From positions 222,607-286,606 of the forward strand of contig NW_021836146.1 in assembly GCF_006345805.1 (NCBI RefSeq): DNA of 64,000 nucleotides, in the 5' to 3' direction. Below are positions 13,568 to 23,833 of this stretch, in pieces; the stretch's first letter is position 1; the number at the start of each line of letters is the position of its first letter. A program made the translations under genes and the position numbers. The stretch comes from Octopus sinensis. Taxonomy: Eukaryota. The notes below the pieces were generated by a model. The model worked only from the letters and a program-made list of their open reading frames with translations. It was not told where the DNA came from and ran no database searches.

Positions 13568-13622
<55 letters not shown>

Positions 13623-13826
13623 GCATGTATATTTGTGTGTCTGTGCTTATCCCCCTAACATCACTTGACAACCGATGCTGGTGTGTTTATGTCCCTGTCA
13701 CATTAGCGATTCAGCAAAAGAGACCGATAGAATAAGTACTGGGCTTACAAAGAATTGCTCAATTAAAGGCGGTGCTCCAGCATGGCCACAGTCAAATGAC
13801 TGAAACAAGTAATAGGGTAAAGAGAG
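13403..13826 (+). mobile_element. SINE family A, full length
   Basis: Head GGTGCAGGAGTGGCTGTGTGGTAAG, GGTTCAGTCCC B-box-like motif, internal (TA)n, tail. Confidence 0.9.
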
Positions 13827-13938
13827 TAAATGGGACTATGAAGAGTCAAGAATATCTAGAAACCAGAAGCTTATAATTATATCAACTTTTGTTAGTAAAA
13901 ATAAATTTGCAGTATATTTCAAAAATTTTCCACTCCAT

Positions 13939-14335
13939 AGGCAGTGTGCTGTGTGGTAAGATGTTTACTTTCCAACCACAAGGTTCTGGGTTCAGTCCCC
14001 CTGCATGGTACTTTGGGCAAGTGTCTTCTACTAAAGCCTTGGGCTGACCAAAGCTTTGTCAGTAGATTTGATAGATGGAAACTGAAAGAAGCCCCTCGTA
14101 CATATATATATATCATATATATATGTGTGTGCCTGTGTTTGTCCCCCACCACTGCTAAACAACCGGTGTTGGTGTCTCTATAGCCCTGTAACTTAGTGGT
14201 TCAGCAAAAGAGACTGATAGAATAAGTCCTAAGCTTAAAAAAAAAAAGATAAGTACTGGAGTCAATTCATTCAGCAAAAATTCTTCAAGACGGTACCCCA
14301 GCATGGCCACAGTCTAATGACTGAAACAAGTTAAA
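13939..14335 (+). mobile_element. SINE family A, CpG-decayed copy
   Basis: Homologous to the adjacent copy, with many CpG-to-TpG/CpA changes. Confidence 0.85.
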
Positions 14336-14409
14336 ACAAGATCCAAAGAGGAATATTCAAAATAGACCGAGTTACTTCGAAGCTCAAAATATTTAAGCAT
14401 AAATACTCA

Positions 14410-14771
14410 TCTTTATATATAAAAGTAAGGTTGTGTGTCTGTCTCCTACGATTTAGATTCCTAACTACTCCCACATAGTCGTGATTCATATCGAGCCCTT
14501 CTGGGTATTAGCGCGCGTCTACGATGAGTCTACGATTTAAAAAAAAATTTACCATCATTTTTCTCCATTTTAATGCATTTTTTCGCTATTATATAAGGGA
14601 AGTAACTCTCTAAAAATGTCTACGATGAGTCAACGATTTAAAAAAAAATTTACCATAATTTTTTTTCCATTTTTAATGCATTTTTTTGCTATTTTTTGGC
14701 TATAACTCTCTAAAAATGCCTATATAGTTATTTCCCTTACAAACCCGAGCAACGCCGGGCGATACTGCTAA
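14410..14771 (+). mobile_element. Non-autonomous Helitron
   Basis: A/TC 5' end, subterminal hairpin CCCGAGCAACGCCGGG, CTAA/T 3' end (CTAG in sister copies), no TSD. Confidence 0.75.
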
Positions 14772-14873
14772 TATTATATAAAGTTCTGTATTAATTTGAG
14801 CTTTTAGCTAACACTGTATGTAATCTAGCTAATTCAAACACACTGGCTTATAGGAAATAACTGCCCTTTTTAG

Positions 14874-15012
14874 GCAATCTGTTTGTACACAGAAATACCA
14901 GGATCATATTGACTGGTTTAATGCGTCAGCATTGATTATATTGGAATTATATCTCTTGCTTGATTTCTTTTTCCTTTTTGCTTTCTTTTCTTCAGATTTT
15001 AAACATCCCAGA
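14874..15012 (+). CDS. Candidate exon QSVCTQKYQDHIDWFNASALIILELYLLLDFFFLFAFFSSDFKHPR, or alternatively a 17-nt microexon at 14996-15012
   Basis: ctgccctttttAG acceptor, 46 open codons, strong AGA/GTGAGT donor. The hydrophobic stretch could instead be the polypyrimidine tract of the microexon. Confidence 0.35.
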
Positions 15013-15210
15013 GTGAGTTTTGTCAACTAATTACCTGGATTATCTCGGTTGATCGAAGTTTTTACACTAAATTACACATGTGAGCCCCAACCAATCTTCT
15101 GAGGATTTTCCTTCTGCCATATGGTGAATAAAGTATCATACCCGAACCAACACTAGTTGCTCAACCTGCTAGAAATAGCAGCTAAATCGTACTCATATCA
15201 CATATTATCA

Positions 15211-16080
15211 GGCAATCCATCGTTTTTTGGTCTCCGAAAACTGAAACTATTATTTCGGCAAGTTACATATAAAATTTTTATTTCTTCAATGTTTATTTTT
15301 TTGCAGCTGAACAATGAAAAACACGGTTGTCCGCACGCACGCACACACAACTCTCACACAGTCGTCTTTCATTTGAACGAGCGACTTTTGAACAGTGACA
15401 CACGTCAACACACTCGCACACACCTATAGATACACATACATATATAAATATACATATTTTCTTTTCACGAATCGCGTATGTATGTAATGAATGAATGAAC
15501 GAACGTATGTATGTAATGTATGTATGTTTGTATGTATGTAATGAATGAATGTTTGTATGTAATGAATGAATGTATGTATGTAATGAATGTATGTTTGTAT
15601 GCATGTATGTATGTAATGAATGAATGAGTGTATGTATGTATGTAATAAATGAGTGTATGTATGTAATGAATGTATGTATGTATGTATGTAATAAATGAAT
15701 GAATGTATGTAATGAATGAATGAATGAATGAATGTATGTATGTATGTAATGAATGTATGTTTGTATGTAATGAATGAATGAATGAATGTATGTATGTAAT
15801 GAATGTATGTTTGTATGTATGTATGTAATGAATGAATGAATGAATGTATGTATGTATGTATGTATGTAATGAATGTATGTTTGTATGTATGTATGTATGT
15901 AATGAATGAATGAATGTATGTATGTAATGAATAAATGTATTTATGTATCTTTGTATGCATGCATATATGCATTCATGCATGCATGTATGTATGTAGCGGT
16001 CTGTGTGTAAGCTGAAGAAGGAAATAAAGAACTTGCCAAACAAAGTTTTAGTTTTCGGAGACCAAAAACGATGGATTGCC
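15211..16080. mobile_element. TIR element with ~52-bp TIRs starting GG, filled with (ATGT/ATGA)n microsatellite
   Basis: GGCAATCCATCGTTTTTTGGTCTCCGAAAACT... at 15211 is inverted at about 16030-16080; flanks share ATTATC. Confidence 0.7.
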
Positions 16081-16456
16081 CATTATCTTTAAAAACAAGA
16101 AAGTATACACTGAATACAGATTAGTCCTAGTGACACTGTATCGAAAAAGAAAGATGGGATTGTCATGAATGGTTTTTGATAGGTATTCCTTCGGTTTAAA
16201 TGTTCTATCAAGGATGAACTTTGGCTAAACAAAAGCAAATAGGATATCCACGGAAAATTGATTGAAATGAAATCAATTAGAAGCGAACAGATTTATTCAT
16301 CTTTACAATGATACGAATAGTGAATCCAGGAAATCAAAGACATACAAGCAACAAGTTGTATTTTTCCTAATATAATTGACTCAATATACGACTGGAACAA
16401 CTTTATCTTCAGAACCACCAGTACCGTCAAATAAACAGATGTACATATATATAATA

Positions 16457-17346
16457 CTAGCAATATCGCCCGGCGTTGCTCGGGTTTGTAAGGGAAATAA
16501 CTATATAAGCATTTTTAGAGAGTTATAGCCAAAAAGTAGCAAAAAAATGCATAAAAAATGGGAAAAAAAATGATGGTAAATTTTTTTTTAAATCGTTGAC
16601 TCATTGTAGACATTTTTAGAGAGTTACTTCCCTTATATAATAGCGAAAAAATGAATTAAAATGGAAAAAAATGATGGTAAATTTTTTTTTAAATCGTAGA
16701 CTCATCGTAGACGCGCGCTAATACCCAGAAGGGCTCGATATGAATCACGTCTATAAGATACCCGGTTTTGGTTAAACTGCACCGCAAAATGTGGGAGTAG
16801 TTAGGAATCTAAATCGTAGGAGACAGACACACAACCTCTCTTTTATATATAAAGACTAGCGTTGCTCGGGTTTGTAAGGGAAATAACTATATAAGCATTT
16901 TTAGAGAGTTACTTCCCTTATAGATGCCAATTCGGGCTTTCTTAGCCATTTCTGTTTTGGTGTCTTCAAGCCATGAAGTCGTTGTTCTAAAAGAACGCTG
17001 GTCTCCTTGACAACGCTTTACGACGTTGATTTCTTTACACTCCCTTCCCCACAGCTTCACGAGGAAGGGAAGGGGGAGAAGCAAACAGGTGTAGCTGTGA
17101 GCGTGGACGCCAACTCTGCCGCCATCGACACACGAAAAATTATGCATTAAAATGGAATAAAAAATGATGTTAACTTATTTTTAAAATCGTAGACTCATCG
17201 TAGACGCGCGCTAATACCCAGAAGGGCTCGATATGAATCACGACTATAAGATACCCGCTTTTGGTTAAACTGCATCGCAAAATGTGGGAGGAGTTAGGAA
17301 TCTAAATCGGAGGAGACAGACACTCACACAACTAGAGTTTTATATA
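16457..17346 (-). mobile_element. Two head-to-tail non-autonomous Helitrons of the same family as 14410
   Basis: CTAG ends at 16457 and 16856, 5' TC at 16854-16855; the second copy carries an extra ~210-bp internal segment. Confidence 0.75.
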
Positions 17347-18667
17347 TTCCTAATATAATTGACTCAATATACGCCTCGAACAACTTTATCTTCAGAACCA
17401 CCAGTACCGTCAAATAAACAGATGTACATATATAATATATTCGTGTTGTTTTGGGATAGGCAATTATCTCGTCTCATTCCAGCCCGAAATTAAGCAATAA
17501 CAGAAATTGTTTTTAAAAAAGAAATGTTTTCGCTAGTGTGATAATATGTTGGTTAACGGCTGACAAATAGTGACCTTTTTGAAAGAGATGTGACATGAAA
17601 GTTTAAAACCAGTGGACATATAATGGCATCATAGTTACTGTTCAGTGTTATTTATCGTTACTTGTTTTCTAGTTTTTTGGGGGGGTTTTTTTGTTAATTT
17701 TTTTCTGTATTATCATCATCATCATAGCCGAAACCCCATTTATTGCTAAGATGTGATGCGAACAGGAAATAAACAGCTTATTCAGAAATGTCTTAAAATA
17801 GGTTACCTATAGCTTGAGAATTTTATATAAATATCAGGATTTGTTTTTCTCTAAAGTTATCTTCTTTAGGAAAAATAAAAGAAAATAAATATTTTAATGC
17901 AGCATTGTACTTTTTTTTCTTTTTTCTTCTCGTAGTGATAAAAGAAAAAGAGAGCCAGCGGTGTTTTATTTTAATTTCTTTTCTGCACGATTGTAAACGA
18001 CGATAACAACAATAATAGATGCGTTAAAAGTTGACGATAGAAAATGAATTTAAGACACTAGTCAGTAAATTTGCGTGACAGAGAGAAACTTTGAATGAGA
18101 TTCATTTAGTTGATATGAAGTAAAGGTAGATTTATTTAATGTGAGTGAATAAGTGAAAAGAATTAAAACAAAAACAATTTCACATGAAATGTCATTATAA
18201 ATAAAATTGTGAAAGAGTATGCATGTTCAATCCTGCTCTACAACCGAAACAATACATTTTTGCCATGAAAATAATCTAAAAATTCGACTATTAAACAAGA
18301 GCAGCCTAATTCACAATCAAAAGAAAAAATGGCTATATGAGAAAATATAGGATTACGAACAGGCCACATACACGCGCACACATAATTATTTATTACAACA
18401 TAGGAGAGAGATTACAATCTGTGAGATTTTGCATCGAAAGCATGCAAAGGTAGGGATTGCTTTTATAGCTGTTGGAAGAGTAACTCTTCTTGTTTTTCTT
18501 CATTGCTAGCAAATAATGTATTCTAAAGCAGAAGCAAAGGGCCATCGTTGAGTTTTTTGACGAAGGTAACGTGCTAGTTGTCTGACATACACAAAAGGTT
18601 ACGTGCACAAATGGATGTAGTTTAAAAGAAAGGGGGAAGACAACACAGAACACCACGCAGTGGTAAA

Positions 18668-18902
18668 CCTATTTCTTTATTATCCACAAGGGGCTAAACA
18701 TAGAGGGGACAAACAAGGACAGACATAGGTATTAAGTCGATTACATCGACCCCAGTGCGCAACTGGTACTTAATTTATCGACCCCGAAAGGATGAAAGGC
18801 AAAGTTGACGTCGGCGGAATTTGAACTCACAACGTAACGACAGACGAAATACGGCTACGCATTTCGCCCGGCGTGCTAACGTTTCTGCCAGCTCGCCGCC
18901 TT
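18668..18902 (-). mobile_element. SINE family B, full length with 9-bp TSD
   Basis: tRNA-like head with GAGTTCAAATTCC B-box, central CTTTGCCTTTCATCCTTTCGGGGTCGATAAA domain (resembles the Meta/Sauria-type core), TSD GTGGTAAAC. Confidence 0.9.
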
Positions 18903-19189
18903 GTGGTAAACAATCAACTACTACCGAGTGGATGCAGTGACTTGCGAGGACAGACAAGTGAGGATCTGTGAGCTTACTAGACAAAACTGGACTATAGTAA
19001 TAATGCATTGCTGAAGAAGGTGGAAAACTTCTGATATGGGAATGTGTGTACAAAGTGGGGAGCTCGGCAGGAGGAAGTACCGAAGCGGTTTGAAAGAGAA
19101 ACGGATCAGATTCTGTTCTGATCTGATCTGTAGGAAGAATTTGAAGCCAGCCTGATGAAACGGTATCGTGTTTTTACGAACTCGAAACA

Positions 19190-19925
19190 AAAGCTCGGTT
19201 CTCGGAATGTACCTCCTGCCACGAAGCTGGCTCATCTGGGACACTTGACAGTAAGAGGTCCAGCTTTATTTTGAAGACACCTACATCCACCACATGCAGA
19301 TCCTTCGGGAGGATATTGAAAAGCTGTGGTCCTCTGAAGCCCAGGCTATTGCAGTATCTTGTCCTATATCTTGATGGCAAATTTGGAGTCCTTGGCACTA
19401 TGCAGTGGCACCCAGTTCTAGTAGTTGTGTAACTCTTGATGCCAAAGTTTGGGACAAGTCCTTCCAGATGTATATTATGGCATATCTTTCTTGCCTACAC
19501 TCTAAGGAATAGAGTCTCAATCTCTTGAGTTTTTCCCAGTAGCTTCTTCGTAGATTGCTTCAAGTTCTAAGATTAATTTGACATTGGTTGGTGATCATAG
19601 CTGAGAGCAATAGTCAAAGTGGCTTAGGATAGGTGTCCTCCAGAGGACCATCATGGTTTCCTGATCTCTTGTCCTACAAGTTCTAAGAATCCATCCGGTC
19701 AGCCACCAATTTAGCAACATGCACACGGAAGGATGCATCATTACTCATGTAAATGCCCAGATCTCGCACTGACTGTGCCTCTGGGATTTTTCAATCACTC
19801 CAGGTCCAGTGTATTTAATGGTTATTGCATTTAGTTTTGCATTCTGATAGCACAAGGCTTGAAACTTTTCAGCATTAAACTGCATGCTATTCTTTACAGC
19901 CGACTTGTATATTTTATCCAGCTCA
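19190..19925 (-). mobile_element. CR1/L2-group LINE, degraded 3' fragment of ORF2
   Basis: MQFNAEKFQAL, VRDLGIYMSND, FDYCSQLWSP and NSLGFRGPQLFNILPKD..FKIKLDLLLSSVPDEP in broken minus-strand frames. Confidence 0.85.
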
Positions 19926-19960
19926 CATTATACATGCATATATATATATATATATATATA

Positions 19961-20401
19961 TAATAATTAATTTTATTTTATCGCATTCTGACTTTGTTTA
20001 CATATTTCTCGATAAATTTTGAGCGTTAGACTATATACCAGAAATCCCTAGTTTGTCGGGTACGTTCTGCGTCTGCGCAGTGATCTGATTAGTTAGAAAG
20101 AGAAAATTAGTAGACGCACATGTGTCTATCGAGTTGCGATTTAAGAATAACAGGAATCTTACTGAAGAGCCTACCTGAGTAAATAAATATTATTTTTATT
20201 ACTGAAATAGGCGAAACTGCAGTCTAAGAAGAACCGAGTTAGTAAAAGTTTTTATTTTCATTTCACTAAATTTATCAAGCTTCTGTGTTTCTAGTACATA
20301 CTTCGCCGGTTAGTGTACTTATATATGAATAATATATGGCCTGTGCTAGAAACACCAGCGATAATAATTAATTTTATTTTATCGCATTCTGACTTTGTTT
20401 A
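19961..20401 (+). mobile_element. Penelope-like pseudo-LTR unit (401-bp period) containing a hammerhead, in (TA)n
   Basis: 40-bp terminal direct repeat at 19961-20000 and 20362-20401; internal hammerhead motif. Confidence 0.6.
20157..20229 (+). ncRNA. Type I hammerhead ribozyme motif, canonical core
   Basis: Stem I TCTTA/TAAGA; core CTGAAGA; stem II GCCTA..TAGGC; GAAA; palindromic stem III CTGCAG; GUC cleavage triplet (cut after 20224). Confidence 0.85.
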
Positions 20402-20624
20402 TATATATATATATATATATTATAGATGCCTATGCATATATATATAGATGCTTATATATATAGAAGCATATATATAGATGCGTACATATATAGATTATTG
20501 ATGCATATATATATATTATAGATGCATAAATACATATATTATAGATGCATATATATATATATATATATATAAATATATATATAAACATATATTTTATAAA
20601 CATATATTTTATAGATGCATCAAA

Positions 20625-20828
20625 TAGGAAAAGGACCACATCATCTTTAAACGGAGTCTGGACAAATTTCTAGGAATACCAGATAAGCCACCTATACAAC
20701 TCACTCAACAAGAACTTTTGAATGGACCATGATACCACAAAACTTGACTTAAAAAAGGGATTTAGATAATCCTATCAGGTGGTGCTGTTAAGTTAGATAT
20801 GGCCTGTACCAATCTTCGGTCGAAACAA
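20625..20828 (+). mobile_element. CR1/L2-group LINE, extreme 3' end
   Basis: IFKRSLDKFLGIPDKP motif followed by a short 3' UTR. Confidence 0.55.
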
Positions 20829-20848
20829 AAGTTTGTTTATATATATAT

Positions 20849-20881
<33 letters not shown>

Positions 20882-21166
20882 TACATACATATATACATAC
20901 ATACATATATACATACACACACACACACACACATATGTACATAGATATATATATACACACACACACATATATATATGCATATATATATATATATATATTC
21001 ATATATATATTATAGATGCCTATATATATTATAGATGTATTATATATTATATATGCCTATATATATTATAGATGTATTATATATTATATATGCCTATATA
21101 TATTATAGATGTATTATATATTATATATGCCTATATATATTATAGATGTATTATATATTATAGATG

Positions 21167-21200
<34 letters not shown>

Positions 21201-21458
21201 TATATATATATATATATAATATATATATAATAGAAATATTAAAATTACTAAGTCTCTCTAAAAGAGAACAGCGGCAGCGTTCCCGGAAAATAATAGTTAT
21301 CGCCATACTAATATGGCATTCTTATAAAAATAAGAATAAAGCTGTCCGCTTATTAGCTCCATGAGGCCATCGCCTAAAGTTAGCTATTTGATACACAAAC
21401 TGTATCCATATAACCTTCGAACAAGTGAGGTCAGTCGCTCCACACTACTTGACCGGCA

Positions 21459-21500
21459 GCTACAGACGCGTTTCGGGGTATTGCCCCTTTTCAATGCAGC
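21459..21500 (-). ncRNA. Minimal type I hammerhead motif, U3-A8 core variant (reverse copy)
   Basis: Exact reverse complement of 21745-21786. Confidence 0.7.
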
Positions 21501-21744
21501 GTAGCCAGCCAGTAGGTGTCGCTTCCGACAATCTCTGTTCGATGGTTTTATTTACCTAGTTTCGGTGGAATACATCCACTTGTTTTCAATAATAGAAATA
21601 TTAAAATTACTAAGTCTCTCTAAAAGAGAACAGCGGCAGCGTTCCCGGAAAATAATAGTTATCGCCATACTAATACTTACCGAAACTAGGTAAATAAAAC
21701 CATCGAACAGAGATTGTCGGAAGCGACACCTACTGGCTGGCTAC

Positions 21745-21786
21745 GCTGCATTGAAAAGGGGCAATACCCCGAAACGCGTCTGTAGC
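21745..21786 (+). ncRNA. Minimal type I hammerhead motif, U3-A8 core variant
   Basis: Stem I GCTGCA/TGTAGC; core TTGAAAA; stem II GGGG-CAATA-CCCC; GAAA; palindromic ACGCGT stem III; GUC triplet (cut after 21780). Confidence 0.75.
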
Positions 21787-22106
21787 TGCCGGTCAAGTAG
21801 TGTGGAGCGACTGACCTCCCTTGTTCGAAGGTTATATGGATACAGTTTGTGTATCAAATAGCTAACTTGAGGCGATGGCCTCATGGAGCTAATAAGCGGA
21901 CAGCTTTATTCTTATTTTTATAAGAATGCCATATTAGTATGGCGATAACTATTATTTTCCGGGAACGCTGCCGCTGTTCTCTTTTAGAGAGACTTAGTAA
22001 TTTTAATATTTCTATTATTGAAAACAAGTGGATGTATTCCACCGAAACTAGGTAAATAAAACCATCGAACAGAGATTGTCGGAAGCGACACCTACTGGCT
22101 GGCTAC

Positions 22107-22148
22107 GCTGCATTGAAAAGGGGCAATACCCCGAAACGCGTCTGTAGT
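22107..22148 (+). ncRNA. Minimal type I hammerhead motif, U3-A8 core variant (second forward copy)
   Basis: Same motif 362 nt downstream; a 1-nt deletion alters the end of stem I (TGTAGT). Confidence 0.7.
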
Positions 22149-22319
22149 GCCGGTCAAGTAGTGTGGAGCGACTGACCTCCCTTGTTCGAAGGTTATATGG
22201 ATACAGTTTGTGTATCAAATAGCTAACTTGAGGCGATGGCCTCATGGAGCTAATAAGCGGACAGCTTTATTCTTATTTTTATAAGAATGCCATATTAGTA
22301 TGGCGATAACTATTATATA

Positions 22320-22785
22320 TATATATATGTTCATATATATATGTTATAGATGAATATATATAGACATATATATATATGTTATAGATGCATATAATATATA
22401 TTATATATATATATATATATATTCATATATATATTATAGATGCCTATATATATTATACATGTATTATATATTATAGATGCATATATATATATATATTATA
22501 GATGCACATATAAATATAGATGCATATATATATATATATATAGATGCACATATAAATATAGATGCATATATATATGTATATATATTATAGATGCACATAT
22601 ATATATATATTATAGATGCACACATATATATATTATAGATGCACACACATATATATATATATATATATATTATAGATGCATATATATATATATATAGATG
22701 CATATATATATTATAGATGCACACATATATATACTATATATATATATATATATATATATAGATGCATATATATATATTATAGATT

Positions 22786-22852
<67 letters not shown>

Positions 22853-22865
22853 TATAGATGCATGT
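22320..22865. repeat. (TA)n-based minisatellite with a recurrent TAGATGCA motif; also at 20400-20620 and 20990-21228
   Basis: Repeated TATTATAGATGCA(C)ATATATA units. Confidence 0.85.
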
Positions 22866-23429
22866 GTGTGTATTTTATGTACGTGCGCATACACACACAT
22901 ACATATATTTTGATTTTGTTCTCAATTTTCTCGTGAAATGTACGTCTGAATTTGCTAAAGTGCAGCCATTTCCACGCGTTCTTCGCAACATGAACATAAT
23001 CGTGTGCGATAAATAACAAAACAAATAACTAATATTAGCAATACAAAATCAAAAAAAAAATCGAGAAACTTACGAAAGCGATTGATTTTAAAAGTCAATC
23101 AAAAAAGAAAAAAAAGTTTCACAGATGTATAAAACGAAGAAAGAATTCTATGTTAATCCGTGTAAAGTAAAGTGGCTGAAGAAGTCGTCTGCAACGGCAA
23201 GTTCTGGCGGGAGATTAACTTCACGAACAAAACTGTGTTAGAAGAGAAGAAAGAAGCTGCAACGCGTCAAGGCTTTGAAATCGTATTTGGATGTTAGGAA
23301 ACTTGTATGTATGGCAACCAGTTTAACTTGTCATATTGACTTCAAAATGATACACGAAGACCGGTCGAAAAATTTGATCGAAACCAAATAATCCGTTTTA
23401 AGTAGAATACTACTAGTAAAATGCATATA

Positions 23430-23833
23430 TGTGGCTGTGTGGTAAGTAGCTTGCTAACCAGCCACATGGTTGCGAGTTCAGTCCCACTGCGTGGCATCTT
23501 GGGCAATTGTCTTCTGCTATAGCCCCGGGCCGACCAATGCCTTGTGAGTGGATTTGGTAGACGGAAACTGAAAGAAGCCTGTCGTATATATGTATATATG
23601 TGTATTTATGTGTGTGTGTGTGTTTGTGTGTCTGTGTTTGTCCCCTTCGCATTGCTTGACAACCGATGCTGGTGTGTTGACGTCCCCGTCACTTAGCGGT
23701 TCGGCAAAAGAGACCGATAGAATAAGTACTGGGCTTACAAAGCATAAGTCCCGGGGTCGATTTGCTCGACTAAAAGGCGGTGCTCCAGCATGGCCGCAGT
23801 CAAATGACTGAAACAAGTAAAAGAGTAAAAGAG
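23430..23833 (+). mobile_element. SINE family A, full length
   Basis: Near-consensus copy with CpGs intact. Confidence 0.9.

Larger units (their letters stand above)
10912..13575. repeat. Tandem duplication with a 1,349-bp period
   Basis: 10912-~12225 recurs at 12261-~13575 with no differences seen; the same 86-aa ORF occurs at 11379 and 12728. Breakpoints lie in (TA)n. Confidence 0.95.
21229..22315. mobile_element. Penelope-like / retrozyme-like 362-bp unit in tandem and inverted arrangement
   Basis: One full and one partial reverse unit (21229-21673) followed by two forward partial units (21679-22315); period 362 on both sides; (TA)n flanks. Confidence 0.75.

Noticed and set aside
18910-19190. 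GC-richer segment between SINE-B and the CR1-like fragment with a 107-aa minus-strand ORF
   Set aside because: No recognisable motif; probably LINE 3' UTR or another repeat.
19154-19200. CTGATGA...GAAA spacing near the LINE end
   Set aside because: No stem III or NUH site and no stem I. Other isolated CTGANGA hits (23177, 25616, 45084, 56149, 63312 minus) also lack the full architecture.
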